From: Macrostomum hystrix
Lineage: Eukaryota > Animalia > Platyhelminthes
Direction: 5' to 3'
Length of the DNA stretch: 64,000 nucleotides
Assembly: GCA_950097015.1 (NCBI GenBank)
Contig: CATNEN010000034.1
Span: 1,736,001 to 1,800,000 of the forward strand
The notes under the pieces were generated by a model, which saw only the letters and a program-made list of their open reading frames with translations, did not search any database and had not been told where the DNA came from. Shown here piece by piece: positions 1 to 13,600 of this stretch; within the stretch, counting starts at the first letter, position 1; each line of letters opens with the position of its first letter. A program made the translations under genes and the position numbers.

Positions 1-3000
1 AAGTCGGAGAAGCGAGGAGTTTCCACAGCGTCGCCTAGCAGACAGGGATTGGTCTCGGCGAGGCTGTCCCTGTGGAGGCATGACGACAGAAAGATTGAGA
101 AGCTGCTTAAATTATGCACTGAAAACTGTAAAGTAAACAAAATATTGCAAGACTGTTTGGACACAACAAATGATAGGATGGGCTGCACTTGGCTTAAATG
201 TTTGGAGTGAATGAACCAAGAAAATCATCTTATGATTTTCAATTAAAGACTAGCTTGCAGTGTGTGAATAATGGAGGGATTTGTGTAACATGAATACTCT
301 GCTATTCTCTAAATTTGAGACCAAAATTCGCCATTGTCTAGAGAGTTGTAAAATATGCTTTTGCTTAACGCGCTACTTAAAGTAATGTCACAAGGAAACC
401 TCAGCCATAACGTTTAATCTAATTTTAGAAATGAGCCATGCGCTATTTTTAGAAACAAAGTCATGTGACATGAAACCGGAGAACCGGTTCTCGACAGCTG
501 TATTTGCTTGAATTCCAAATATGGTAATGTTCACCTGAAAAACCCCCAAAACGCAGCCGAACAAACAAGTTTGACCTCACTGTGCAAACATGTATGCCCA
601 ATGTAAACACCCGGTCCTAAACCGGTTTGCCCTAAAATTTTACTATAAATATAAGCGAAAATCCGAGCTGAGAATTCAGACTCGGAGCGGTCCACCGGAC
701 TTCAAAACACCTTACGAAGAAGAGGACTCATCTCTGAGGGAAAGACAAGTGGTAAGCGCTTTACTAGACAGAGTTATTTATTGCTAGCAATAGTTGTTGA
801 ATTGAACTAAGTTTACGAGAGCCACATATCGTCGATACATTTGAGAAAGGCCTCCTTGTTTCCTAGGATACATTCCTAGAGGATTATTGATTGATTTGAT
901 TTGAGTTATCCGTTATCTTTCGGAGGTAACAAAGAAGACGCCCTTCAGGAGGACCTCATTAGAGATATACAAGAGAGATTTCAATTGTTCACTAGGGCGC
1001 ACGTTTCTATTGTGAATTCCGAGCTCGAGGAAACCGACAAGTAATCTGATTCGCTCTCGTCATTTATTGGCCAACAGACAAACTCAAGCAGCTGCCAGGA
1101 AGACAAAAGAAGACAAGAAGACTACAAAGACTCAAGAAGCAACAGAACCGATACTTCACGGTCGATCAGTACAAGGAGAAGAAGAACCGCCGGCTGTCGA
1201 AGACCAGAAGACTACAAACTACTTAAGGAATAAGAAGCAATTGCAGTAAGTGTCACGTGACTGTTATAAATTCCTAGGCAGTTAATTGTTCCCCATTGTC
1301 TAGAAGTGGGAGTTTCGTGTGTCTGATCAACACGCAAAACTCTTCATTTGAAAATAGAACATGCCCAAAGTGTAGAGTCGAAGTAGAGAACAAAGTTGAT
1401 ATATTCTGTTTAGATACAATTGGTCAGGCTATGTTATAAATAAACAACGCCGCTGCCCATAGGTCATAGTTAGGGGGGTCGGCAGCAGAGCGGTTAAAGC
1501 GTTTGCCTCTCGCACAAAGGTCCCTGAGCTCGATTTCGCGGCGAGGCCACATTTATTTGGGGCGCAGTCGCGGAGAGAAGGCCTGAGGGCTTGTCGTGCA
1601 ATTTACGTCCTTGAGGGCCAACCTCCAAGGCACAGTGAAATGTACACTGCCTGACGATGAGAAAGTCAGGGCAGATGTACACACTTGTGTGCGTGTGTGC
1701 TCAGGAGTCAGCGAAATAGGCAGAATTGCCTCCTCGCTGGCTTCGGGTCTTAGTGTCACTCAATAATGTGCCATTGCCCGCAGCCCTCTTGCAATTATTA
1801 TATTATTATAGGCCATGGTTTTATTTCAGAATTTCTGTAACTGTTCTATTGTCCCTTTCCCATGTGCAATATAACTATGCATTCTAGATCCCAGTTAAAA
1901 TGTCTGTGCTGAAAAAACCACAAATCAGCGTGCGCATTGTAATAAGAACAAAATTAATATGCCTTACTAAAATGAAAAAACAATAAAGATAGATTCTTTA
2001 AATTACCTGATAGCCAGCAGTAGGCCCTCCACAGTGGTAAACTTGCCACCCAGACTGCCCTGCTCAGTTTCAAAGTCCAGCTCGGGAATTTTAATGCCAC
2101 AGGTGTCCGAGACCAGCACGTCACGTGACAGGTCGCAGGGCTCCCTGACGGTCAGCTCAAGTCGAACACCCTGCGGCTCGATGCCGCCGCCGCATTTCAC
2201 ACTGCTGTCCTTGTGACCGCAGGCGTCGCAGGTGGTTGCCATGACGACAACCTCCTTGAAGTAGGGAACCTTGACTAGTTTCATCCGCGACTCCGTCGGC
2301 TGGTTGCAGCTGGGACAATTTACCTGGGTTATTTCAAGAATCGAAATGGTGGAACTTAGAACCCTGACTGTTTCACCTTATAATATTTTTTATCTAAGCA
2401 TATGGAGATTGTCTTATAAAGTAGCTTTTACTGAATTAGCAAACAGAACTGTGTAGCAAACAGGATAACTGTACTTATAAAAATTAATACCTTAGATAAT
2501 TGGCTCAAGGGCTGCATACGGCCGTTAAGTCCATGGACTGGGAGATGGTTGGGGATGGACATTGATGTGGGATGCCATACCCAGCCTTAATTAGCCCAGC
2601 TAATGTTAGTAGGCACCCATTTACCTGAAGCAATGTAGAATTTAGCGTCTTGCCAAAGGACATAAATAGTTTAGGTTGGAGTCAATTAAGAATCGAACCC
2701 CCGACATTTAAGTCATAAAATTTAGTTGAGATTTAGAGATGGTATATAAAAAAAGTAAATTTATTTTACCTTAACTAAAACTAGCCCACTTTGAATCTGC
2801 TGTTAATTAAATTAATTAAAACTTATAGTCACTAAACTATATAATCAAAAGAATTTAATTGCATTCAACAACTTACCTTTACAAATCATGCTAGTTTTTT
2901 GAAGAGCCATATCAGTGTGCGATTTTAATTTATCTTGTGATTTAAGCTAAACCTAGACAGGAAATCTTTATTTCACCATGCCTCACTTATTTATACAGAT

Positions 3001-5500
3001 GGACGAAGGCCGCCAATTATCAAAGTGAACGGGTAAGACAAAAATCGATAAAAAAGTTCATTCTCACCGCCCCAGCCCGCGCCAATCGCGCAGCCAGTCG
3101 GGGTCCCCCAAATCCACCACCCCGAGCAATGTCACACAGGCTACGCAACACAGCGAGGCAGGGGGCCATTTCAGAGTGAATGCCAATAGGGTTTGGGTTT
3201 AGAGGTGCGAACGTCCCGGTCAGAGAAGTATAGGTAATTAGATAGATAAGTGCTAACCCTGCTAATTGGCCTTGTCGATAATATACGACTGAGAGGCAGG
3301 GAGTCCACTTTACTGCTATACTAGGCAGGCAGGCTTTCATAATAAAGGACAGCCCATTGCGTCAATGAATTCTCCCAAAACGCAAGGAGAGAAAAACCAA
3401 CATCGGGTTAAACAATGGTCACCACCAGATCACATTACGCAATGAGGCAAAGAAAAAATTTAAGAACCTACAAGACATCGGATAGTTTCGATCGATTCAG
3501 AATAAAAAAATATAACCCAATATATAGAGGGATTTTTATTCATGTAAAATGTGAACCCAAACTCCATTTAAATGTGATAGCAAAACATTAGTTAAAACAT
3601 GAAGCGGAATTTGATTCAGTGATTAAGGAGGTACTAAATCAACGGGTGTTAGCCATGTAAGGATTTTGCTTCAGTTCAGCCAGCTGCAGCACTGTACAGG
3701 CATTAGCTGGGGTAATTTGGTGTCTGTGGCAACCCCCACCCAGTCCATGGACTGAAGAGCCATTTCAATCCATGAAATAGATAAAGTACATGCCATGTAC
3801 TCGTATTAGTAGACGTAATAATTGACGTCCACTTATGATCAAAGACTGCTTCTCTTACCTGAAAGTTCAACACTTCATCGTAGCGATCAAAATCGTCACC
3901 TGCTGCAGCAATTGCGCCAACTGCCGCAGCCCCATCCTCAGCGTTCGAGTTGCTATTGTTGGCAGCGGTCTCAGCCAGAAGGCCAAGAGCTTCGTCTTCC
4001 TCTGGCGAGCGACGAAAATGTCGAATGCGCAGATTCGGATCCGGCGTTGGGGCCGAAGGATTTTCTAAGAAACTGTTGCCGCTGGGATCTCGCAGGATCA
4101 GAGTGAAGTCCGGACTGGGATAGGCGTTTAGGCGAATAATTTCATAGGCTTCAGACTAGTAAACAAATGCAGATACAGATAAGCTAGGTGTACACTAATA
4201 GGTAGACACAGATAAGCTAGGTGTAGACTAATAGGTAGATACTGATCAGCTAGGTGTACACTAACAGGTAGATACAGATAAGCTAGGTGTACACTAATAG
4301 GTAGATACAGATAACATAGGTGTACACTAACAGGTAGATACAGATAACATAGGTGTACACTAACAGGTAGATACAGATAACATTGGTGTACACTAACAGG
4401 TAGATACAGATAACATAGGTGTACACTAACAGGTAGATACAGATAACATTGGTGTACACTAACAGGTAGATACAGATAACATTGGTGTACACTAACAGGT
4501 AGATACAGATAACATTGGTGTATACTAACAGGTAGATACAGATAACATTGGTATACACTAACAGGTAGATACAGATAACATTGGTGTACACTAACAGGTA
4601 GATACAGATAACATTGGTGTACACTAACAGGTAGATACAGATAACATTGGTGTACACTAACAGGTAGATACAGATAACATAGGTGTACACTAACAGGTAG
4701 ATACAGATAACATTGGTGTATACTAACAGGTAGATACAGATAACATTGGTGTACACTAACAGGTAGATACAGATAACATAGGTGTACACTAACAGGTAGA
4801 TACAGATAACATAGGTGTACACTAACAGGTAGATACAGATAACACAGGTTTACACTAACAAGTAATTACAGATGAGCCAGGTGTAACCAGACAGGTGCAC
4901 AAACTCTGGAGTCTGGATAGTATACAAGTCTCGACAATCCAACTATACTTAATTAATAACTGAGTTGGAGACAGGTTCTCACCTTTCGGACTCGATCAGA
5001 TCACGCACTTTATTAATAAAATTGGCCAGCTTTTCAGCAGCGTCGACATCTGACGCGGCGGTTCCGGCCACCACGCTACGCAAATTGTCCACGATCTCTG
5101 TCAGCACGCCCTCCAGCGTGGTGACGCCGCCCTCGCTGCTGGGGAAGACCGAGTCCAGGTTGGGCAGGCGGATCTCGGCGCCGGGAGAGCGGACCACCTT
5201 CCTATTGAGATCGCTGGGCCGGGTGACTCGCAGCTCGAACTCAACGCCATCGTCCTGAATACGTTCGGCCAGATCGGTGCTGCGGGTCTGATGGCCGCAG
5301 TCCTGGCATTCGAAGCTGGACACAATCACCTCCTTAAAGTAGGGAATGCGGGTCAGCAGCAGGCGGGTGATGCCCTGGCTGTGACAGTTCATGCAGAGCG
5401 ACTCCACCTCCGTTACTTCGAGATCGTCCGCATCCAGGCTGGGGAAGAGCGGGGCCTGCTGAGTGCCGCTGCTGCTCATGACTGAAGCTGGGATGAGCAT
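1..5500 (-). CDS. ZPR1: Zinc finger protein ZPR1 (ZNF259), 4 coding exons visible, 3' end beyond window start
   Basis: Exons 4983-5479 (or 5500), 3859-4114, 2007-2323 and <1-69, with GT-AG junctions in consistent phases (2,0,2). The translation has two C4 zinc fingers (CMNC..CQDC; CPSC..CDAC), each followed by RIPYFKEV/KVPYFKEV, plus FTLILRDPSGNSFLENP and NPCLLGD motifs typical of ZPR1. Exons 2 and 4 are not in the ORF track. Confidence 0.93.
602..1361 (+). mobile_element. Possible solo LTR-like insertion in ZPR1 intron 3
   Basis: Segment starts TGT and ends ACA, flanked by the direct repeat tgcccaa (595-601 and 1362-1368). It contains a TATA-like ctataaatata and a GTAAG donor-like site. There is no second copy or coding region, and 7 bp is atypical for an LTR TSD. 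Confidence 0.3.
1473..1807 (+). mobile_element. tRNA-derived SINE, family A, full length
   Basis: tRNA-like head with A/B-box-like motifs, conserved body shared with 9636-9974 and 26111-26490, and an (ATT)n tail. Degenerate TSD ataggtcatagtt / ataggccatggtt. Confidence 0.8.
2505..2720 (-). mobile_element. tRNA-derived SINE, family B (CORE-like), degenerate
   Basis: Shares ggctgcatac..agtccat.gact, cccattta and gtcttgccaa.ggaca blocks and a B-box-like aatcgaacc with 20160-20371. The reverse complement resembles the CORE-SINE central domain. Confidence 0.55.
3650..3770 (+). mobile_element. SINE family B 3' fragment
   Basis: Contains cagtccatggactgaa and gctggggtaa, matching the 3' part of the family B copies in the opposite orientation. 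Confidence 0.35.
4155..4870. repeat. 33-bp minisatellite in ZPR1 intron 1
   Basis: About 21 tandem copies of ggtgtacactaacaggtagatacagataacat(a/t). Confidence 0.95.
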
Positions 5501-5659
5501 TGTGATGAGGCCTAGTTTTGAATATCAGCTCAATTTAACTTGTGATTGGTATTCAACAACTGAGGGACACGAATGCTATTCAATGCATACAGAAACATTG
5601 ACAAACAGAAATACGACAAACAATAAGATAGCCAGACAAATATACCGAGACAGTGAGAC

Positions 5660-6000
5660 CAACGAAAAGAGACAGTGGGACAGAAGGATAGAGACAGTGA
5701 GACAGAAGGATAGAGACAGTGGGACAGAAGGATAGAGACAGTGAGACAGAAGGATAGAGACAGTGAGACAGAAGGATAGAGACAGTGAGACAGAAGGATA
5801 GAGACAGTGAGACAGAAGGATAGAGACAGTGAAAAAGACAGATAATCAGCGAGAAACACGGAGAGAGACTTAGAAAGACGGATAGAGACAGAGACAGACA
5901 AACAGTGAGACGGTGAGACAAGCAGAGAGACAGGGAGACAAAAATAGAGACAGCTAGACAAACGCAGAGCCAGCCAGACAACCAGACAGACAGACAGACC
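5660..6000. repeat. 22-bp GA-rich minisatellite / low-complexity tract
   Basis: About 7 tandem copies of gagacagtgagacagaaggata, grading into GA/CA-rich sequence. Confidence 0.85.
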
Positions 6001-6944
6001 CTACTAGGCTCTAGTGGCCCCATAAACGTCAGAAGCAGAGAATTATACAAGAGTAAGAATAAATAAATAAAAAAGGCAGAGCAAAAGTTTGAAATCGATC
6101 CGAGACAAAAATCTCCCACTCTGCGACCCGCTTACGCGCAGAGAATAAACAAATTGCTTTAGCAAGCAGACAGCTAGTGCTGTGTGCTTTCCATTGCCGA
6201 GAAGGCCAAACGAGTGTGGGTGTGCTCTACGGTAAACAATAACGAGAAAAAGGGATAGAAAGTGCTTGACTAAAGCAAAATAACTATTGTAAAGTTGTTT
6301 ACAAAGCCAGGAAGATTATAAAAAAGATTGATGGTTCAAATTCGCGCGCAGGGCAATAGATTTTAAACAAAAATAGCACACAAAAAAGGTACAAAAGAAG
6401 AAGGGTTGCAAAATACATGAAAAATCGGTAGAAATAATGAAAACGCATTTTCAAGTAGAAGTCAAATTTTCGAGACCCAAAAAGAAAATTCGACTGCCAT
6501 TTCTAACTCAGGTCGACCATTGTGAACACGAAAAGAGATTGCAAGCAAAACAACTAAATGAGCAAAGCAAAGCTAATGGACCAATTATTAAGACAATGAA
6601 TAAATAAAAAGAGGTCATAAATTCGTTTTAATGACTGATAAAAATGCTTGAAAGGTGTGATAGTTTTCAATCCGACTTTGAGCCGTGTTGGGTGTCTTAC
6701 AAAACATAAGACAGAGCAGCAGAAGATAAATAGGCCCGCGATAAAAAAGCAAATAGTAGTTTGTGCGTAGCAATAAATACAGAAACAATACGAGCACTCA
6801 ATATAACTTATTGGCAAGCTGAAAGAAAGTTCATGTGTTCCATATTAGTTGCTTGGAGGCAGAACCAACTCGAAAAGGTCGGGCCCACTGTCTGTTAAAT
6901 GAGAAGATTAAGGCTGGTAAAATCACTCAGCTAAATATCACGAT

Positions 6945-7580
6945 TTCTGATCAATATCAGTTTGAGCTGTCACAAATGCTCACCACAATGTCCAGTCATC
7001 ATCAGTTTGAGCTGTCACAAATGCTCACCACAATGTCCAGTCATCATCAGTTTGAGCTGTCACAAATTCTCACCACAATGTCCAGTCATCATCAGTTTGA
7101 GCTGTCACAAATGCTCACCACAATGTCCGGTCATCATCCGTTTGAGCTGTCACAAATGCTCACCACAATGTCCAGTCATCATCAGTTTGAGCTGTCACAA
7201 ATGCTCACCACAATGTCCAGTCATCATCAGTTTGAGCTGTCACAAATTCTCACCACAATGTCCAGTCATCATCAGTTTGAGCTGTCACAAATGCTCACCA
7301 CAATGTCCAGTCATCATCCGTTTGAGCTGTCACAAATGCTCACCACAATGTCCAGTCATCATCCGTTTGAGCTGTCACAAATGCTCACCACAATGTCCGG
7401 TCATCATCAGTTTGAGCTGTCACAAATGCTCACCACAATGTCCGGTCATCATCAGTTTGAGCTGTCACAAATGCTCACCACAATGTCCAGTCATCATCAG
7501 TTTGAGCTGTCACAAATGCTCACCACAATGTCCAGTCATCATCCGTTTGAGCTGTCACAAATGCTCACCACAATGTCTAG
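6945..7580. repeat. 45-bp minisatellite immediately downstream of the SH3BP5-like stop codon
   Basis: About 14 copies of tttgagctgtcacaaatgctcaccacaatgtccagtcatcatcag. Confidence 0.95.
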
Positions 7581-7595
7581 TCTGCTTTGTCGGCT

Positions 7596-8780
7596 TCAGG
7601 AAGAGCAATTGGCGCTTCCGGCGCCGATCCGCCGGGCCGTGTGCACCTCCTCGCTGATGGCCTCCAGGGCGGACATGGTCTCGCGGTAGATTTTCTTGCA
7701 CAGGCGCCGTTTGTCTTCGAGTACGTCGACTCGGGCTTTTTGCTCATCCAGCAGGCGTTTCTGGCGGTCGCAGGCTTCAAAGTAGGGCCGTGCGCGGCGC
7801 GCCACGGATGCGCGCAAAGAGCGCTCCAGGCGGCTGGCGGCGGCTTCCAGCAATTCGCAGTGTCTGGCTAGACGCTCGTGCTCAGCGGCCGCTGTCTCTC
7901 TAGCCAGCTTCTTGCAGTCATTGTCGTCGATTTCTACCCCCTTGCCAGGTGCTTCGTCTGATTGGCGAAGGTAGCGCGCCGCGGCTGCCCGCGCCTCAGC
8001 CTTCGCCTGCTGGCACCGGCGCCTGGATGTTCAGGTGTCGGTTTTTCAATTACGGTCATTTGCTTTTCTTGCTCCAACGAGATAGTCTAGCAATCCATTC
8101 TACTCATTTTTCCTGATAGGCATAGTCTAGCAATCCATTCTACTCATTTTTCCTGATAGGCATAGTCTAGCAATTCATTCTACTCATTTTTCCTGACAGG
8201 CATAGTCTAGCAATCCATTCTATTCATTTTTCCTGATAGGCATAGTCTAGCAATCCATTCTACTCATTTTTCCTGATAGGCATAGTCTAGCAATTCATTC
8301 TACTCATTTTTCCTGACAGGCATAGTCTAGCAATCCATTCTATTCATTTTTCCTGATAGGCATAGTCTAGCAATCCATTCTACTCATTTTTTCTGGTAGG
8401 CATAGTCTAGCAATTCATTCTACTATTTTTTCCTGATAGGCATAGTCTAGCAATCCATTCTACTCATTTTTCCTGGTAGGCATAGTCTAGCAATCCATTC
8501 TAAAAATCCAGTTAAGCTAGTTCTACCTGGCCTCAAAGGCGGGCCTGGCAGCTTCAATTCGGCTGGGCCCAGCGGCGGCGCGGGCCTCGGCCAGGATTGC
8601 CAAACCGACCGATTGTCGGCGTCGGAATTCCGCCCGAGCCTGGGTCAACGCCGTCTCGGCCGAGTTCAGCTGCTGGGCGGACAGATTCAGTCTGTCTAGC
8701 TCGGCTGACACTCTAGAAGATAACGAAGGCGAAGGTGACGACGAGGGTAGAGACGGAGAAGTTGGCGCGGAGGCAGGCAT
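7596..8780 (-). CDS. SH3BP5: SH3 domain-binding protein 5 (Sab/parcas)-like coiled-coil Rab11-GEF family protein, 2 exons
   Basis: Exons 8527-8780 and 7596-8022 joined by a phase-2 GT-AG intron. Motifs RVSAELDRLNLSAQQLNSAE, IEAARPAFEARRR, ARPYFE and YRETMSALEAISEEVHTARR match the SH3BP5 family. Confidence 0.85.
8080..8502. repeat. 40-bp minisatellite in SH3BP5 intron
   Basis: About 10 copies of gcatagtctagcaatccattctactcatttttcctgatag. Confidence 0.95.
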
Positions 8781-9635
8781 GTCTTCCCAGCTAGCTGTTG
8801 CTTTCCAGTGATTCCTCCCGTCAGTTTGAAACCTTTTGGTATCAAGCCTTGATGGCCTCAGACCTGCCGCCTCACCGAAGCTGAAAATTATTTCAGTGTA
8901 GGTGAAAAAGTACTTGAAAATGCAGATTCGAGTCTTTCTACTGTTAGTACGTAGTCAACCTATGCCACAAAATCGAAAAAAAATTCAAGCGTTTCCATAG
9001 AATACAAAGTCATTATCCAAAGAGTATAGCTTGTACTACCAAACAATTTACCACTTAATCTTACCTACTACAAAATGAAACCCTACTCCCGAATGAAACC
9101 CTACTACAGAAAGAAACCCTACTCCTAAATGAAACCCAAATGAAAAATGTACTACAAAATGAAACCTGCAAAATCTCTCCCACAACAAAATCTCACCCTA
9201 AAAATGAGATTGTACTAAAAAAATCTCACCCTACAAATTTAGATTGTACAACAAAATCTCATCCAACATATTGAAACTTAGCTACAAAATCTCTCCCTAT
9301 AACACAATCTTACTCTATAAAAACTACAAAGCAACAAAACTAAAAAAAGCTACAAAATCACACTTAAAATGAAACTCTACTAAAATATCTCTCCCTAAAA
9401 ATCGAAACCCCCACCTGCAAAATTTGCCTCACAAAACTGCATTTATTGAGAAAAAGAAAAAAACAACTTGATGATTGTATTCGGAGTTATATATTGAAAG
9501 ATGGCTATAATTTCCATTTCGTGCTATGTCTAAGAATGAGAAAACTGACTATACTAATAGCAGCTTGTAAGCAAAGTAAACGTCATTAGAGAGATAACAG
9601 TTTCTTGCAGTCTTTATTTCCTAAGCTGGGTAGTT

Positions 9636-9974
9636 GGGGGGTCGGTGGCAGAGCGCTTAACGCGTTAGCCTGTCGCACCACGGTTCCTAAGTTCGATTCG
9701 ACGGCGAGGCCACATTTATTTGGCCTGAGGGCTTGTCGTGCATTTTACGCCCTTGAGGGCCAACCCCCAAGGCACAGTAAGGTGTACACTGCCTGACGAT
9801 GAGAAAGTCAGGGCAGATGTACACACCTGTGTGAGCGTATGCCTGCGTACGGTATCTGTGTGCGCGTGTGCTCAGGAGTCAGCGAAATAGGCAGAATTGC
9901 CTCCTCGCTGGCTGCGGGTCTAGTGTCACCAAATGATGTGCCAATGCCCGCAGCCCTCCTGCAATTATTATTAT
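9636..9974 (+). mobile_element. tRNA-derived SINE, family A, full length
   Basis: Head ggggggtcggtggcagagcg...gttcgattc, conserved body and (ATT)n tail. TSD taagctgggtagtt (9622-9635) / taagctggctagat (9975-9988). Confidence 0.85.
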
Positions 9975-10666
9975 TAAGCTGGCTAGATAATATAGAATTG
10001 TGCTATAGCTAGGTAAGTTAGGCCAGAAAAAAACATTACAGGCTTAAATGTTTATAGACTGAAATGATGGATGGTGTAAGACTGATGTAAAAAAACGAAA
10101 CACTGTGTTTAAATCCAAAATAAGGATTAAAAAAACAATACGAAAAGCAAGAAAATGTAGTCTATTAGGTCTTAAGATTTGCTACTAAAGAGGATAATAA
10201 AAATATTGGTGTTAACGCAAACAGTTAATTCAAGTTTGAAATGTGTTACTCGTAAGTAGTAATGCAAGACTATTTCACGCATATCAGTTTAAGAGGAAGT
10301 TGAGGAAGTAAGAGGAAGTTAAGAAGTCCGTGAGGGCAACGTGCTAAAAATTTCGTTATTGCTCTAAAAGAAAAAAGAAAATATTTAACAAAAAAGGATG
10401 CAAGTTATACTACAAAGAGCTTGGATAGTAGTGTGCTTGTGTCTGAAGCTAGGCACCGAATTCTCATGAGGCAGCTTCTGTTATTTAATTTAACCCTAAA
10501 ATAAGGAAACATCCTGAATGCACTACTTACTATGCGGTTAAAGCAGTAGTATAATATTTCAATTATTAGTAAACTAAATAAAAAATCTGCTTTCAAAAGT
10601 TCAAAACAAAATCATTTTGATTTCTAATAGATTTCTAAAGAAAACACTAAAATCAAAATCGCTACT

Positions 10667-13600
10667 TCAGGCCTCAAAACTGAAGGCCAGGCCTAGCTGA
10701 TGACCGCCTCCGCCGAGATTCTTGCAGTCCAGGCTGCTGCCCATTGTGACGCGAAAGCCTTCGCGCACCAGAAAACTGTAGGAGGCGCCAAGCAGGCTGC
10801 GGTTATCAACGCGCAGCTTGGCCGAGCTGCCGTCGGCCAGGTTGTACTTTGTAGCGACGCCAAAGTCGGCGGCCTGGCCGACGCCCGACCAGCCGATCTT
10901 GGCGCCAACCTCCAGGGCGTCGGAGAACCGGTGAAAAGCCGAAGCGCAATAGTTGCTGCTGTTCTCCACGCCAGCGTACAGGGAAAGGTTCTTAATCTGC
11001 GGGATTCGGGAATTAGAATTTGGGATCACAATATTAGCTAGCAATCAATCTAGTCCTACACTTCATCTGACGAAACAGAAAGAGCATCCATTCTTTATCC
11101 AAATACCAAATAAATTCGAAGGATAGAATAGCAATCCACTTTATTCTTGGATGTGATAGGATAGACTAGCAATCCACTTTATTCTGGGATCTGATGGGAT
11201 AGACTAGCAATCCACTTGATTCTTTGATGTGATGGGATAGACTAGCAATCCAATTCATTCTTGGATCTGATGGGGTAGACTATCAATCCATTTCATTCTT
11301 GGATCTGATGGGGTACACTATCAATCCAATTCATTCTTGGATCTGATGGGGTAGACTATCAATCCATTTCATTCTTGGATCTGATGGGGTAGACTATCAA
11401 TCCATTTCATTCTTGGATCTGATGGGGTAGACTATCAATCCAATTCATAGTTGGATCTGATGGGATAGACTATCAATCCAATTCATTCTTGGATCTGATG
11501 GGGTACACTATCAATCCAATTCATTCTTGGATCTGATGGGGTAGACTATTGTAGCAGCAAATTCACTTCTTTCTTTTAACTCTTAATATTTAAAGATTCA
11601 AATGGTACTTTTATTTCCCCCCTTACCGCTAATTTGTCTATGACCCTTGTTATCGATAGGTACAGTTGCCCGGTTAAGACTTAAATGTAACCCCACGACA
11701 AAACTAAATAAACAAGCCCAAGCTTTTGCCGACTCTTAAATTTAACAGCAACATTTGTAGCAAGTCAGCAAGTAGCAAGTGTTCAGCACCCTTGACCTGG
11801 TTAAGGCCTACCACTTCATCCCGATTGCAGACGAAGATGTTGAGAAAACAGCGATTTGCACGCCATTTGGTTCTTTCGAATACATTCGCATGCCATTCGG
11901 CCTGAGAAACGCCGCCAGCACATTCCAGCGATACGTAGATTCCGTCTTTAGCGACCTCCCGTTCGTAACATCTTACATCGACGACATCTTGGTACACAGC
12001 CAGTCACGCGAAGAACATCAGGCGCACATCGAAGAGGTGCTGCGACGTCTAAGCGACAAAGGCTTGGGCGTCAACTCTGAAAAGTGCCATTTCTTTCGCG
12101 ATTCAGTGGAGTTTCTTGGTTACTTCGTCACTGCTGACGGCATCCGACCGCTTCCGAACCGAGTCGAAGCACTGCGGAAACTCGAGGCTCCCACTGACAT
12201 GCAATCACTACGGCGCTACCTTGGCATGTTCGGTTTTTATCAGCGGTGCATTCCTAATTATGCTGAGATCGCCACCCCGCTACGACAACTCGTCACGGCG
12301 CCATTCAATTGGACGAAGCGACACGACGATGCTTGGAAAGAACTCCAGGACAGTCTGGCGAACGCAGTCACCCTGACTTTTCCTCAAGCCAATGCCACAT
12401 TCACAATCACAACCGACGCCAGCGCCACTGCCATCGGCGCAGCATTGCATCAGGTGGTAGCCGAGCAATCTTCTCCATTGGCATTCTACTCTCGCAAGCT
12501 CTCTGACACGGAAGCAGCTTACAGCACTTTTGATCGGGAACTGCTGGCTATTTTTGCTGCGGTCAAGACATGGAAATACATGATCCAAGGCCAACAAACC
12601 ACAGTGTTCTGCGACCACAAGCCCATCAGCGGAGCGTTTAGAAATAAGAAAGAACGGTTTTCCGATCGACAACAACGCCAGCTATCCGTCATCACGGAGT
12701 TTGTGAGCGACATCATCCACATTTCCGGCAAGGACAACATCGTAGCCGACACGCTATCACGACCGGTTTACCCATCCCAGAACCCGCCACCAACCACAAT
12801 TCGACTGCTGTCTGACCTTCCTCAATGTGTGGACCTGCCAGCCGTTGCACGAGCACAGAAGGAAAACCCGGAGGATGAACCCCAGACAGGCCGTTTCAAC
12901 AACTTCGACATTGGAATCAAGGACTGCCCACTGCGATGCGAAATCTCGCAGACAAACCCACGTCCCGTCATCCCTAGGACTCTCCGACGCGCTGTTTTTG
13001 ACTCACTGCATGCATTCGCACATCCTGGCCGCAAAGCCACGCAACGACTCATCGTCTATCGTTTTTTCTGGCTAGGTATGGCTAACGACATCCAAAGGTG
13101 GGTAGCCGAATGTCAACAGTGCCAGCAGTGCAAGACAGGTCGTCACGTCCAACGCCCGTTGCAACAGCTTCCAGCACCCTCTCAACGCTTCACGACGGTC
13201 CATATCGATTTAGTCGGACCACTGCCACCCCCAGAGTCGACCGACGTTAGTCCCAGACCTCGCTACTTGCTCACAATGGTCGATGCATATTCACGTTGGA
13301 TTGAAGCTGCCCCTCTCATTGACATCACCGCCACTTCAGTCGCGTGCGCCTTCCTAGAATCCTGGATTTCTCGGTTTGGCCCACCATTGACGCTGGTGAC
13401 CGATCAAGGCGCGCAGTTCCGCGCGGAGCTCATGCGAAACCTGGCGACACTGCTCGGAATCCATCACATCCGCACTTCAGCCTACAATCCGAGGGCAAAT
13501 GGCATCGTCGAGCGAACCCACCGAACATTAAAGTCCGGGCTGAAAGCACGTGGCAAGAACTGGCTGCAGCAGCTACCCATCGTGCTTCTCGGAATGCGCA

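Noticed and set aside
3020-3600. GC-richer segment in ZPR1 intron 2 with a 106-aa ORF
   Set aside because: No recognisable domain and no splice-compatible role. It is probably a degraded transposon fragment, but no TIR or TSD is visible.
9790-9815. Hammerhead ribozyme core (CUGACGA...GAAA) in SINE A
   Set aside because: Only 3 nt lie between CUGACGA and GAAA (no stem II), no valid stem III or NUH register exists, and the sequence pairs as a simple hairpin. Kept only as part of the structured-SINE finding.
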